DNA of 64,000 nucleotides from an uncultured Nitrososphaerota archaeon (GTDB taxonomy: Archaea; Asgardarchaeota; Njordarchaeia; Njordarchaeales; Njordarchaeaceae). The notes beneath the pieces were generated by a model. The model did no database searches, had not been told where the DNA came from, and worked only from the letters and a program-made list of their open reading frames with translations. A program made the position numbers and the translations under genes. This document shows positions 9,868-20,134 of this stretch, piece by piece; within the stretch, counting starts at the first letter, position 1; each line of letters begins with the position of its first letter. The DNA lies in the NCBI GenBank assembly GCA_964518475.1, contig CAZFGR010000003.1:1-64000 (forward strand). The letters run 5' to 3'.

Positions 9868-10371
9868 ATGGTTCTCCCCTTATCAAATTTAACCAGAAGT
9901 GAATTAGAAAGATTAATGCGGATAAAGAAGAAAAAGAAAAGGGAGTTTATAAGGCCGTATTCGTGGATCTGGAAACGATTAGAGGAGAGTTGGAGGAGAC
10001 CTAGAGGCAAGGATAATAAGGTTAGGCTGCAAATAAAAGGTAAACCACCGTTGGTCAAAGTTGGATACCGATCCCCGAGGAAAGTAAGATATTTGCATCC
10101 CAGTGGAAAAGAAGAAGTGCTAGTGTACAGAGTTGAGGACTTATATAATATCGATCCATTAACGCAGGTTGTCAGAATCGCACATACAGTTGGTGTTAGA
10201 AAAAGAATCGAAATACTAAAATTTGCTAGACGATTCGGTATCCGTATTCTTAATCCAGGAAGAGCAGAAGCTAGATTAGAACTCGAAGTGAGAGAAGGGG
10301 TCAAGGAGAAAGAGGAGGAAGAGGAAATAGAGGAGGAAGAAGAGGAGTTTGAAGAAGAGGGTGAAGAATAA
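9868..10371 (+). CDS. rpl32e: 50S ribosomal protein L32e with acidic tail
   Basis: WRRPRGKDNK, GYRSP..VRYLHPSG, ILNP; ATG 9868 after GGAGG. Confidence 0.96.
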   Translation: MVLPLSNLTRSELERLMRIKKKKKREFIRPYSWIWKRLEESWRRPRGKDNKVRLQIKGKPPLVKVGYRSPRKVRYLHPSGKEEVLVYRVEDLYNIDPLTQVVRIAHTVGVRKRIEILKFARRFGIRILNPGRAEARLELEVREGVKEKEEEEEIEEEEEEFEEEGEE

Positions 10372-10889
10372 TGACTAAGAGTCTCTTACCGCAAAGAAGG
10401 ATGGCCGCAGAGATTTTAGGAGTGGGAATTAATAGGGTATGGATAGATCCTGAATATCTTGACGAAGTAGAAAAAGCGGTAACCAAAGAGGATATAAAGA
10501 AGCTAATTAAGGAACGAAAAATCTGGAAGAGACCAATAAGGGGTGTTAGCAGACATAGAGCGCGTGAACGCGAAGAAAAAAGAAGAAAAGGACGAAGAAG
10601 GGGTCCTGGAAAAAGAAAAGGATCAAAGAAGGCGAGAATGGGTGGATCGATGGTATGGGTTCTTAGAATTAGAGCTATCCGAAGAATTCTTAGGAGACTA
10701 AGAGACGCAGGCGTAATCTCTAGAAGAACATATAACAGGTTGAGAAGACTAGCTAAGGCAGGAGTCTTCAGAAGTAAAGCACACATAATTACCTACATAA
10801 GGGAGCATAGGCTTAATCTAAAACCAATTGAATCGATAGCTGATCTAGAACGCTATGAGAAGGAACTTAGTGAACAAGTTAAGAACTGA
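10371..10889 (+). CDS. rpl19e: 50S ribosomal protein L19e
   Basis: QRRMAAEILGVG.NRVWIDP, GRRRGPGKRKG. Confidence 0.96.
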   Translation: MTKSLLPQRRMAAEILGVGINRVWIDPEYLDEVEKAVTKEDIKKLIKERKIWKRPIRGVSRHRAREREEKRRKGRRRGPGKRKGSKKARMGGSMVWVLRIRAIRRILRRLRDAGVISRRTYNRLRRLAKAGVFRSKAHIITYIREHRLNLKPIESIADLERYEKELSEQVKN

Positions 10890-10905
10890 TAACTGGTGAA
10901 TTATT

Positions 10906-11550
10906 ATGCCACGAAGATTTGGACCTAGATATAGAGTACCCTTCAGGAGGCGTAGAGAAGGTAGGACAGATTATAGAGCAAGGTACAAGATGGTCATATC
11001 TGGTAAGATAAGAGCAGTTGTCCGAAAGAGTCTAAGGAATATTGTTGTGCATTTTGTGAAAGCTGAACTAGAAGGAGATAAAACATTAAGTTATACAAAA
11101 TCAACAGAGCTTGTAAAATTCGGATGGAAATATGGAAGAGGGAATTTACCAGCTGCTTATTTGACAGGATATTTGGCTGGTCTTAAGGCTATTCAGGCAG
11201 GCTTAAAAGAGGCTATACTAGATATTGGGCCCCAGAGATCTACTAAAGGAAACAGACTCTATGCGGCGCTTAAAGGCTTAGTCGATGCAGGGGTTGAAAT
11301 TCCTCATAGTGAAGAAATTTTACCAGATGTAGATAGAATTCGAGGAGAACACATAGCGAATTATGCGAGATTGCTTAAGAAGAAGGATCCGGAGAAGTAC
11401 CGTAGGCAGTTCAGTAGATATCTAGCTCAGGGGTTAGATCCTGAAAAGATACCAGAAGTGTTTGAGGAAACACTGAAAAATATCGCGAGTGCTTTTGGTG
11501 TCGAACCACCTACATTTGAAGAGGAATCTGAAGAGGAATTTGAGGAATAA
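10906..11550 (+). CDS. rpl18: 50S ribosomal protein L18 (uL18)
   Basis: [26 protein letters not shown]. Confidence 0.96.
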   Translation: MPRRFGPRYRVPFRRRREGRTDYRARYKMVISGKIRAVVRKSLRNIVVHFVKAELEGDKTLSYTKSTELVKFGWKYGRGNLPAAYLTGYLAGLKAIQAGLKEAILDIGPQRSTKGNRLYAALKGLVDAGVEIPHSEEILPDVDRIRGEHIANYARLLKKKDPEKYRRQFSRYLAQGLDPEKIPEVFEETLKNIASAFGVEPPTFEEESEEEFEE

Positions 11551-11618
11551 TTTTTAACATTTTCACGGTCTCCATTACTATCCTTATAAAATCCGAAAGA
11601 AGAAGGATGGTGATTATT

Positions 11619-12260
11619 ATGGTAAAAATCAGAGAAATACCGGATCCAGTCACACCAAGAGAGGAGCTTGAAACTCTATGGAAGCCAACTACTAAGATAG
11701 GTAAAATGGTGAAGGAAGGACGTATTCAGTCTATAGATGAGATATTTGCAATTACAAAACGGATACCAGAATGGCAAATCGTGGATTGGCTAGTTCCAGA
11801 CTTGAGAGCAGAAGTACTCGACGTTAATATAGTTCGAAGAACAACAGACTCGGGAAGACGAAACTCCTTCAGAGTACTAGTTGTAGTCGGGAATATGGAC
11901 GGATACATAGGAGTAGGCATGGGTAAGCATCCGGAACAGAGAGAAGCCATAATAAAGGCTCTGAAAAGAGCGAAAAAGAATTTAGCTCCAATTCTTAGAG
12001 GATGTGGAAGCTGGGAATGTCGATGTGGGCAGCCTCATAGTGTACCTTTCAAAGTAGAAGGCAAGTGTGGAAGCGTTAGAATTGTACTTTATCCAGCACC
12101 TCGTGGGCTTGGTTTAGTAGCGGGTGATATAGCAAAACGAGTACTATCACTAGCTGGTGTAAGAGACGTATGGACCAAAACTTTTGGAAATACTAGAACG
12201 CATATAAACTTCGCTAAAGCTGTTTATGATGCATTAGTAAATACTTATCTTCTGTTATAG
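11619..12260 (+). CDS. rps5: 30S ribosomal protein S5 (uS5)
   Basis: [24 protein letters not shown]. Confidence 0.97.
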   Translation: MVKIREIPDPVTPREELETLWKPTTKIGKMVKEGRIQSIDEIFAITKRIPEWQIVDWLVPDLRAEVLDVNIVRRTTDSGRRNSFRVLVVVGNMDGYIGVGMGKHPEQREAIIKALKRAKKNLAPILRGCGSWECRCGQPHSVPFKVEGKCGSVRIVLYPAPRGLGLVAGDIAKRVLSLAGVRDVWTKTFGNTRTHINFAKAVYDALVNTYLLL

Positions 12261-12271
12261 GAGGGATTGTA

Positions 12272-12835
12272 GTGGGAAGAATTAGTGCTAGGATTAGCCC
12301 CCTAGAGATTTTAGAGTTAAGAAGAAGACAAAAACCTATTTCATCAATACCTGCTGATGGACGATGGGTAGCCGTAGTGAGAATTAGGGGAACGGTGAAC
12401 GTTAGAAAAGATGTAGCTGATACTTTGAAACTTTTGCGTCTTCATAAACCGCATCATGCTGTAATAATCCCTCTTACACAGTCCTATAAAGGCATGCTTT
12501 TGAAGGCTCAAAACATGATTGCTTGGGGCGAAATAGACTTTGAAACCTTCCTAAAATTATTAAAGAAGCGTGGGAGAGTAATCGGAAATAAGAGATTATC
12601 AGATGAGCTAGTGAGAGAACTTAGCAAAGGTAAATTCTCATCCGTTGAAGAACTAGCAAAAGCAATATGGGAGAGAAAAGTTAGTTTCAAGGATATTCTA
12701 TGGTTAAAACCCGTTTTTAGACTCCATCCTCCTCGTGGCGGCTATCGAGGATCAATTAAAAAAAGTTACCAGACGGGAGGTTCGTGGGGTTACTGGGGAG
12801 AGAACATTAACCAGTTACTTGAAAAAATGATGTAA
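12272..12835 (+). CDS. rpl30: 50S ribosomal protein L30 (uL30, archaeal long form)
   Basis: AVVRIRG, TLKLLRL, FRLHPPRGG. Confidence 0.95.
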   Translation: MGRISARISPLEILELRRRQKPISSIPADGRWVAVVRIRGTVNVRKDVADTLKLLRLHKPHHAVIIPLTQSYKGMLLKAQNMIAWGEIDFETFLKLLKKRGRVIGNKRLSDELVRELSKGKFSSVEELAKAIWERKVSFKDILWLKPVFRLHPPRGGYRGSIKKSYQTGGSWGYWGENINQLLEKMM

Positions 12836-12931
12836 AGAGCAACTTCTTTAATTACCAATGTTTTTTATACTCCTTCTTAGCAATTATTTCTAGTTAGCTA
12901 ATGAAAAACTAGTTTTGTTTGGGTTTTATAA

Positions 12932-13285
12932 ATGACACCAAGGAAAGAGGAAGACATCGAGGAGATCATAAAATCAAAAATAACATTACCTAGCGAAGGA
13001 GATTTATTTGGCCTTGTCTTAAGAAGATTAGGTGGATCTTGGCTTGAAGTTAGTTGTTCTGATGGTAAGATTCGTAAAGTTAGGATTCCCGGAAAAATGC
13101 GTCGTGTGAGGATTTTTGAAGGAGATATAATTTTAGTGCGTCCATGGTACGGCATTCAAGAAGACACGCGAGCAGACGTGATTTATAAGTATGATAAATC
13201 AGAGATCAAGTGGCTACTTAAGTCAGAATACGGTGAAATTCTCAGAAATTTCATTCCCGAGGATATTCTGGAGGAGTATTTATAA
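12932..13285 (+). CDS. eif1a: translation initiation factor aIF-1A
   Basis: LGG...CSDGKIR..RIPGKMR...EGD..LV.PW. Confidence 0.92.
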   Translation: MTPRKEEDIEEIIKSKITLPSEGDLFGLVLRRLGGSWLEVSCSDGKIRKVRIPGKMRRVRIFEGDIILVRPWYGIQEDTRADVIYKYDKSEIKWLLKSEYGEILRNFIPEDILEEYL

Positions 13286-13311
13286 ATACCCGTGATTCCT
13301 GGTGAATAATT

Positions 13312-14118
13312 TTGAATGATTCTGAAGACTTTTTCGAAGAAGAACTGCGAGAACCCACCAAGAGAGACCGCCTAATTAAGGGGGAGGAATACAGAGAAGC
13401 TTGGGAAGGAGTATTTGATGTAAAAACGGTTGAAGCGATAGAAACCCTAAAGAGACGAAAAGTCATTGAGGACTTGTACTGGGTAGTATCTACTGGTAAA
13501 GAGGCAGATGTTTTTTATGCAAGATCGCCTTCTGGGGCCGATTTAGCTGTTAAGATATACAGAATTCATACATCAAAATTCCGCAGAGTTGATATATATA
13601 CATTAGGAGATAAACGATTTGGTAGATACAAGAGTGTTATAAAAGCTAAATGGGGATGGGCAAGAAGGGAATTTAAGAATCTAAAGCGAGCGTGGGATGC
13701 TGGAGTACATGTTCCCCGACCAATCGCTATATATAGGAACGTTGTTGTTATGGAGTTTATTGGAGAGAATGGAACGCCTGCTCCACAACTAAAGGATGTT
13801 ACTGAAATAGATAATGCAGAGGAAGTTTTTCAACGACTAGTAGATGATATAGAGAAGCTATATAAGAAGGCAAAGATAGTTCATGCAGATCTAAGTCCCT
13901 ATAATATATTATACCATAGGGGAATCGCATATATCATCGATATGGCACAGGGCGTGCCTATAAGTCATGAATTTGCCTTGCGTTTTCTTTATAGAGATCT
14001 ATATCATATCGTTAATTATTTCAGCGCTTTTTTAGATATGATACCTTCACCAGATGAGTTATATAAAAGGATAACTGGTAAGGAGCCAGATTATATTGTA
14101 AGGCAATTCGTGGAGTGA
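13312..14118 (+). CDS. rio1: RIO1 family serine kinase
   Basis: STGKEA, AVKIYR, VHADLSPYNIL, IIDMAQ; next to aIF-1A. Confidence 0.93.
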   Translation: MNDSEDFFEEELREPTKRDRLIKGEEYREAWEGVFDVKTVEAIETLKRRKVIEDLYWVVSTGKEADVFYARSPSGADLAVKIYRIHTSKFRRVDIYTLGDKRFGRYKSVIKAKWGWARREFKNLKRAWDAGVHVPRPIAIYRNVVVMEFIGENGTPAPQLKDVTEIDNAEEVFQRLVDDIEKLYKKAKIVHADLSPYNILYHRGIAYIIDMAQGVPISHEFALRFLYRDLYHIVNYFSAFLDMIPSPDELYKRITGKEPDYIVRQFVE

Positions 14119-14126
14119 ATATTGAC

Positions 14127-14618
14127 CTACATCCTGCTTAGTTCTTTTTTAACGCTCTCTCTTGCATTATTCGTTGATAGCTCGTCTTCAATAATCTTAT
14201 CGAGTTCTATTAAGAGGGGCTTTATCCTTTCACCATATTTTTTAGCTATTATTCTTATTGCTCCTAGTGCCCCTCTCTTATCAGCAATTATTGCTAAAAT
14301 ATTTTCATGCCCCATATCACAAATAATTAAGTTGCCATTCTCATATTCTACTAGAATAAGCTGAGTCTTCGCAAGTTTTATGTCTTCTCCCGCTACTGAA
14401 GCCGCTCCATAGATCGCTGAGAGAGTAGCGGCTAATCCCTCAATTAATCCAGAAATTAATGAGATCTCCGCTTGATAGTCATCTTTAATGGCGTAAGCAA
14501 TTAGCATACCTGAGAGATTAGAAATTATTGCTCCCTTAATATTTTTATCAATGGATAATATCTCGTTAAGGTTTCTAGTGATTTCCTTATAGATGTATTG
14601 CAGTTTTGAAGTGCTCAC
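14127..14618 (-). CDS. roadblock/LC7 (MglB-like) domain protein
   Basis: IKGAIISNLSGMLIA, LAATLSAIYGAA, ILVEYENGNLII, LG.IR. Confidence 0.85.
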   Translation of the reverse strand: MSTSKLQYIYKEITRNLNEILSIDKNIKGAIISNLSGMLIAYAIKDDYQAEISLISGLIEGLAATLSAIYGAASVAGEDIKLAKTQLILVEYENGNLIICDMGHENILAIIADKRGALGAIRIIAKKYGERIKPLLIELDKIIEDELSTNNARESVKKELSRM

Positions 14619-14820
14619 TTTAGTCGCGCCCTCCTAGTTCCTAACACTCTAGAAAAATTAGCTTATACCGGATACAAAATTAAAATGCTACTTATTGACT
14701 TTATTTTCTAAATCTCTTAATCTCTTATATTTTATCTCCGATAATTAAAATTAAGGGAGTAGTATATTTTTGTTAAAGCATTTCTGGAAAAACGTTGGGA
14801 GAACAGATTTCTCATTAGTA

Positions 14821-15417
14821 TTATCGATCTTCTTCCTTGGCCGAATCTATGAGTGAATACTCTTCATGGGAAAAAGTTACTAAATCCTCTGATGGAATTG
14901 TTATGATATCACCTTCCTCTAGTCCCCTATATATGTGCAAATTCGACGCTACGAAATCGCTTATTGTTTTTCTTAAAAGTAATAGTTCTGTGTTAAGCCT
15001 CCTTTTCGGAATGTTAGGTAATTTTTCAACATGTGTTAAAATATCGATCTCTTTTGTAGCGAATAGTCCTTTTTCAAATGCAAGTCTAATTGATTTTTTG
15101 AGCAACCTTTTAAGGTTAACATGGAAAAATATCTCATGCGGTAAAAGATTTTTTCTCTCTTTGTCATTAAAAAAGCTAATTATAACCTTTGTTAAACGGG
15201 TTTTAACAAAGTCGAGGAAGAGATAGTCAAGTAGTTTTGATTCTCTTAGAGCAATTTCTTTTGATAAGGGATCTGAGAGCTTATCTATTTTCTCTTTTTT
15301 TGTCGCTAATGCTTCAAGAATTTCCTTATAAGTTTCTGGATCAATTTCAAGAAGTTCGCTAGACTCTATTTCATTTTTCCATAAATTTATTAATTTCCTA
15401 AAGATTTCCTCTTGCAC
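14821..15417 (-). CDS. gins15: GINS subunit (Gins15/Gins51 type)
   Basis: N-terminal helical A domain (E...ELL.I....Y; R..K; LLPHE) and C-terminal B domain FVASNLHIYRGLEEGDIITIP; next to cdc6. Confidence 0.72.
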   Translation of the reverse strand: MQEEIFRKLINLWKNEIESSELLEIDPETYKEILEALATKKEKIDKLSDPLSKEIALRESKLLDYLFLDFVKTRLTKVIISFFNDKERKNLLPHEIFFHVNLKRLLKKSIRLAFEKGLFATKEIDILTHVEKLPNIPKRRLNTELLLLRKTISDFVASNLHIYRGLEEGDIITIPSEDLVTFSHEEYSLIDSAKEEDR

Positions 15418-15558
15418 TAATTCTCACTCCCAGAATTTCTACTATGTCTTTTAAATTGCTTAAATGGAGTTGCGTATTTTTTATATAATATTCTTGCTTT
15501 TAACGTTATAAGGGTGTTTTTGTCCATAGTATGTTGGATGTTATTTTGGTGTGGAGTA

Positions 15559-16758
15559 ATGGTTAAAAGAAGTATTCTTATAAGACCAGAGACGTTGGAG
15601 CATGATTTCATACCTGAACAATTACCAAGGAGAGAGGAAGAGCGTGAAAAACTAAAAGAGTTTTTTCTAGATTTCTTTAATTCAAAGGAAACTTTTACCT
15701 CTTGGATAATCATAGGCGACTCTGGAATTGGAAAGACTGTATTGTCTAGGAGAGTCTTAAAAGATTTGGAAAGTAGTTTAGGGAAGAGTATTGTAGGTGC
15801 CTATGTTAATTGTAGGTTAAGTCGTCGTGTATATATGGTTCTTGGTGAATTGGTTAAACACGTTGCACCATCGGTTCCTAGAAGAGGTTTATCGAGATTT
15901 GATCTATTCAATGTCTTTATAGAAATTCTATCTGAAAGAGGCCAGAATTCGTTAATTATCTTAGATGAGTTGGGCTCTCTCTTTTGGGGACAGGAAGGAG
16001 AGAAAGCTGGTGAATTGTTATATAATCTTTCAAGATTATCCGAGAGGTCGGTTGAGGAGTTCAGGATAAAAGTTGGAGTATTAGCCATTGTTGCCAGCCA
16101 CGATGAGGCTTCTTTCTATAATCCTCAATGGCTTGATAGATCCATTAGAGCATCATTTATGAGAAACGAATTAAGGTTAAGAAGATATGATAAGAACGAT
16201 CTCTTCGAGATTTTGAGGTATAGAGCTTCTTTGGCTTTTTTAGCAGGAAGCGTTTCTGAGGACGCATTAGAATTAATCTCAACTTATGTAGCAGAGCAGC
16301 AAGGAGGAAACGCTAGAATAGCAATAGACATACTAAGGGATGCTGGAAGACTGGCGGATAAAAAAGGAGATGGATTTTTAGGAGCAGAACATGTGAGAAT
16401 GGTTCTAAGTCGGCATCCAACCATGCCGCATCTGGATCCAGAACACTTGTTATCCCTTGATAGGCATAAATTAGTTCTTCTTCTTGCTGCTATAAGAGCA
16501 TTAAAGAGAAAAGGCGAGAGTTTTGTAACTAGAGTTGATGTAGAGAAAATTTACAAGGAACTATGTGAGGAATATAATGAGAAACCGAGAAAGACAACAC
16601 AATTAATCAAGTACATTAAGGAGCTAGGGTATGAGCTACGTGGTGTAATGCAAGTAGAAGTTTCTGGAAAAGGCCAAAGAGGAAGATCAACTAGAATAAG
16701 CATTAACGTTCCACTAGAAGAATTGGAGAGCAAGGTACTAGACTTATTAGAAGGATAA
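15559..16758 (+). CDS. cdc6: Orc1/Cdc6 replication initiator AAA+ ATPase
   Basis: FIPEQLPRRE, Walker A GDSGIGKT, YVNC, Walker B IILDE, sensor II GNAR, C-terminal wH GRST. Confidence 0.92.
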   Translation: MVKRSILIRPETLEHDFIPEQLPRREEEREKLKEFFLDFFNSKETFTSWIIIGDSGIGKTVLSRRVLKDLESSLGKSIVGAYVNCRLSRRVYMVLGELVKHVAPSVPRRGLSRFDLFNVFIEILSERGQNSLIILDELGSLFWGQEGEKAGELLYNLSRLSERSVEEFRIKVGVLAIVASHDEASFYNPQWLDRSIRASFMRNELRLRRYDKNDLFEILRYRASLAFLAGSVSEDALELISTYVAEQQGGNARIAIDILRDAGRLADKKGDGFLGAEHVRMVLSRHPTMPHLDPEHLLSLDRHKLVLLLAAIRALKRKGESFVTRVDVEKIYKELCEEYNEKPRKTTQLIKYIKELGYELRGVMQVEVSGKGQRGRSTRISINVPLEELESKVLDLLEG

Positions 16759-16771
16759 TAGGGGGGGGCAT

Positions 16772-17050
16772 ATGACTGAGAATAAAATTTCTTTAGAAGA
16801 GATTCTGGGGGCAAGAAATAAGATTCGCATGCTCAAACTCTTTATTAAGAAGGATCTTTTAACCTTTAGTGAACTCAGAAGATCGGTCAAACTAAATTAT
16901 AACACTTTAAAGATGTATCTGAAAAAATTGATAAAGGCGGGTATCATAAAGGAGCATGAGATTAGTAGGTTTAAAATCTATGAGTTAAATAGAAATGATC
17001 CAAAGGTAAGGCTTCTTGTATCTCTTTTTGAGATATGGGATGAAATTTAG
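16772..17050 (+). CDS. winged-helix (ArsR-like) DNA-binding protein
   Basis: LEEILG...KIRML...SELRR......L...LKKL..AGII wHTH pattern. Confidence 0.75.
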   Translation: MTENKISLEEILGARNKIRMLKLFIKKDLLTFSELRRSVKLNYNTLKMYLKKLIKAGIIKEHEISRFKIYELNRNDPKVRLLVSLFEIWDEI

Positions 17051-17130
17051 TAGAGAAACAGAGAGAATACTAAGTGAGCTTTCTCTAGGATTATCACTTA
17101 GTTCTGCTTTTTCGGTAAATTAGATATCGT

Positions 17131-18291
17131 TCATTTAGAAACTAGGAAGATTCCGGTGTCTAAGCTACCATACCTAAAAACGTGAAGAACATTATAGGAT
17201 AAACCCTTTGTATTCAATAATGTCTTTAAAAGCTTCTTTTCAGATGTAATTATAACTAATCGCCCATCAGTTTTAATTATTTTTAAGGCTTCATTAAGAA
17301 AATCCCTATAGAGTTCTAATAACATTTTTCTAGGTCTTAGATGATATGGAGGATTCGTTACAATTACATCAAAGCTTTCATATTGAAAATATTTTGAAAG
17401 TTTCCTAGCATCACCACAGAGAAAAGTAATAGTATCTATAACAGAGGCACTAGTAGCGTTTCTAATAGCTCCCTCAACGTGATTCTTTGAAATATCCATT
17501 CCAATCAGATTAAAAGTTTCATGATTCTCCATATCTAAAAGTTTTTCAAGAATTTCATTAGCTTTCTCTACGTTAAGAAATTTTAATTTGTAGAAATTAT
17601 ACTCGTTTTTACGAAATTTTGCTATGGGTATTCTTCTAGCCCATAGAGCTGCTTCTATAGGAATTGTTCCTCCACCACACATGGGATCTAGTAGACTCTC
17701 CCTTGAAGGATTCCATTTCGATAGCCTTACCATTAGATATGCAAGTGTTGTTCTTAGAGGCATGGGGTGGTTATAAACCCTATATCTTCTCATGTGTAAT
17801 GAAGGGCCTGTCGTATCTATACCGATTAGTAACTGATTATCAATCACTTCTACGTGAATGCTTACATCTGGTTCTTTTAAATTGACTTTAAGTCTGGTTC
17901 CTGTTCTCTCCAAGTATCCATCAATTACGGCTGAGCCTGCTACTCGTGCTATATCAAGTGAAGTAAAATCATGTTTTCCTTTTCTGGTCGCTCTTATTGC
18001 GAATGTTTGATTTTTATTAATGTATTCTGGCCAGTCTATACTTTTTACTGATTTGTAAATATCGTCAAGAGTTCTAATCTCAGTGTGTAGCAGCAATAGA
18101 ATTACTCTATTAATAGATCGAGCAGAATAATTAAGAAGGTAAATATGTTGTTCAGAACCCCTTAAAAAGACCTTGCCTCGAAACTTTTCATTCGGCAAAA
18201 CTTCGATATTTTTAAATGAGTTTTTTAGATCCCAAGCAACTAGTTCTTCAAGCCCCCTCTCTACAGTTACGTAAAACACATAATTCTCCAT
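17131..18291 (-). CDS. trm14: THUMP-domain tRNA m2G6 methyltransferase (Trm14)
   Basis: THUMP domain, GIDTTG.SLH.R.YRVYNHP, DPMCGGGTI, IVTNPPY. Confidence 0.88.
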   Translation of the reverse strand: MENYVFYVTVERGLEELVAWDLKNSFKNIEVLPNEKFRGKVFLRGSEQHIYLLNYSARSINRVILLLLHTEIRTLDDIYKSVKSIDWPEYINKNQTFAIRATRKGKHDFTSLDIARVAGSAVIDGYLERTGTRLKVNLKEPDVSIHVEVIDNQLLIGIDTTGPSLHMRRYRVYNHPMPLRTTLAYLMVRLSKWNPSRESLLDPMCGGGTIPIEAALWARRIPIAKFRKNEYNFYKLKFLNVEKANEILEKLLDMENHETFNLIGMDISKNHVEGAIRNATSASVIDTITFLCGDARKLSKYFQYESFDVIVTNPPYHLRPRKMLLELYRDFLNEALKIIKTDGRLVIITSEKKLLKTLLNTKGLSYNVLHVFRYGSLDTGIFLVSK

Positions 18292-18297
18292 CTCTTC

Positions 18298-18579
18298 TCA
18301 CATTTGAATTTTCTCCAATGATCTGGTACAAATTATTAATGCGGACAAGAAGTCATCAAGAGTTCTTCTTATGGTCTCGATTTTGGGTTTTGTATTGGAT
18401 ATCTTAGCAATCAATTCAAATACAATAGTATCTTCAGCGAGACTTTGTTTTATAAAAATGTTCTTAGGAGCTAATCTATTCTCTACATCAGTTGCCATAT
18501 GACTAGCATAAGCTCTCTTAGGGTCATCTAGTTTTATGAGTATCTTAGTTCTTAATAGAATGGTCTCTGTATGGGGCAT
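18298..18579 (-). CDS. pcc1: KEOPS complex subunit Pcc1
   Basis: Small protein ending TIRRTLDDFLSAL; conserved position after the DHH gene. Confidence 0.75.
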   Translation of the reverse strand: MPHTETILLRTKILIKLDDPKRAYASHMATDVENRLAPKNIFIKQSLAEDTIVFELIAKISNTKPKIETIRRTLDDFLSALIICTRSLEKIQM

Positions 18580-18596
18580 TTTTTACCCTGTATTAA

Positions 18597-20042
18597 CTAC
18601 ATCTTATTCACTATATCACTAAGTCTTTCGATGAATTCGTCAACTTTTTCAATTGGTATATAGGCACCAGCGGCGGCTTTGTGTCCTCCATAATAAGCTT
18701 CTCTTATATCTACTGTTGCCCTTTTGAGTAGTTCTCTAAGGTCTATATTCTGCAACTCCGGAGTCCGTCGTATAGATATTTTAACGTAATTGTTCGTGGA
18801 CTTACTTACCACTAGAATAATTGCACTTTCAGCTGTCGATTGAGCGAGTATAGAAGCTACTGGACTAGCCAAGCTTTCATCTACTCTATCTCGGCCGTCT
18901 AAAATTATCAATGAACCTTTCTTTTTAAGCAAGTTTTTTGACGAAGATATAACGCTGGAGAGAGCATATCGATATTTCTTATAAATATTTAGAGCCTCAT
19001 CATAGTATACCTTTTTCTTGCTTAATAGAAGCGCAAAGCCAACACCGGGATATCCCATTCGTCCACAAGCATTCAGTAAAGTTGCGAAATCCCGACCATA
19101 CTTAGTTAATCCTTTCTCCTCGGGAAATTCATATACGTACCCCAATAGTTTTGACCGCACTTTTTCAAGTAAACTCTTCCCCATATAAGATAACGAAATT
19201 CGTTCAATTATTTTTTCAACAAGAATAGCCTTTTGAGACTCTGTAAGATCATTTATTGTTACTTTTTCGATATCTAATCCGCCTTTAGCTAATCCAAGAG
19301 AGATGATAAATTTTGCAGCACCCTCTAAAGTACCGGAGATGCCAGGTATAAATGGATCGAATGTGTCAGCTAATGCTTGATAAAGGGGCTTAGAGTCTCG
19401 ACCGCTTAGAATAATATCTATTCTTGTTCGTAGGTATCCTTTCTCTTCCGCCTCCCCTCTCACAGCGTTATTTAAGCCTAGCAGTGAACGATTAGGGCCG
19501 AGGTCTTGAGAATCTCCTAGGGATCCTATAATAGCGTACTTTGCTAAAGAATAAATTTCTTCAGAATAATATTGTGCTAATGGTCGCGCGAGGAGATACG
19601 CTATACTAGATGATGAAGCCTCAAAATCTCCACTAAAACCGTATCTCCAAGGATTCAAATGAATTATTCTGAATGGTATGTACGATAATTTCTGAGGTAT
19701 GTGATGATCAATAATTAGGACTCGAGAAACAGTACGAAGTTTTTCGTTAAGGATCTTTAGCTGGCCACTTCCTAGATCACAAAAAATAGCCTCCCGAGGC
19801 TCTATCCTTTCTAATAAGTTTTCTAAGATATCTGGACGCAACTGGGGAATAAATTTGATAACGAAAGGTTTATCGAGAAGGTAGAGGATTTTAGCTATAA
19901 TGCTGGCAGAGCATATTCCGTCCGCATCATTGTGAGCAAAGATGTATATAATATCATCTAAGCCGGCTCTATCGATAAGAGTTAAAGCTTTTTCTATAGT
20001 ACTTCGTAAGCCAATAAGATCACTAACCCGTTTCGAAATCAT
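18597..20042 (-). CDS. DHH family RecJ-like nuclease
   Basis: HNDADG, DLGSG, IDHH, GDSQD, NACGR, GGHKAAAG. Confidence 0.9.
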   Translation of the reverse strand: MISKRVSDLIGLRSTIEKALTLIDRAGLDDIIYIFAHNDADGICSASIIAKILYLLDKPFVIKFIPQLRPDILENLLERIEPREAIFCDLGSGQLKILNEKLRTVSRVLIIDHHIPQKLSYIPFRIIHLNPWRYGFSGDFEASSSSIAYLLARPLAQYYSEEIYSLAKYAIIGSLGDSQDLGPNRSLLGLNNAVRGEAEEKGYLRTRIDIILSGRDSKPLYQALADTFDPFIPGISGTLEGAAKFIISLGLAKGGLDIEKVTINDLTESQKAILVEKIIERISLSYMGKSLLEKVRSKLLGYVYEFPEEKGLTKYGRDFATLLNACGRMGYPGVGFALLLSKKKVYYDEALNIYKKYRYALSSVISSSKNLLKKKGSLIILDGRDRVDESLASPVASILAQSTAESAIILVVSKSTNNYVKISIRRTPELQNIDLRELLKRATVDIREAYYGGHKAAAGAYIPIEKVDEFIERLSDIVNKM

Positions 20043-20134
20043 GTTTTTCTCCTAGAGATGCGATTTTTAATGAGTAGTAAGTTAAAGTAATGGAAAGATG
20101 AAGATACATTCTAGGAGCCAGATGGTGAAAGAAC

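Noticed and set aside
9708-10786. Long antisense ORFs (198 aa, 161 aa) and many similar shadow ORFs across the window
   Set aside because: They lie opposite well-supported genes, have Ser/Leu/Phe-rich mirror composition and show no motifs
14760-15558. ORB origin boxes near cdc6
   Set aside because: No convincing TCCA..GAAAC plus G-string repeats visible
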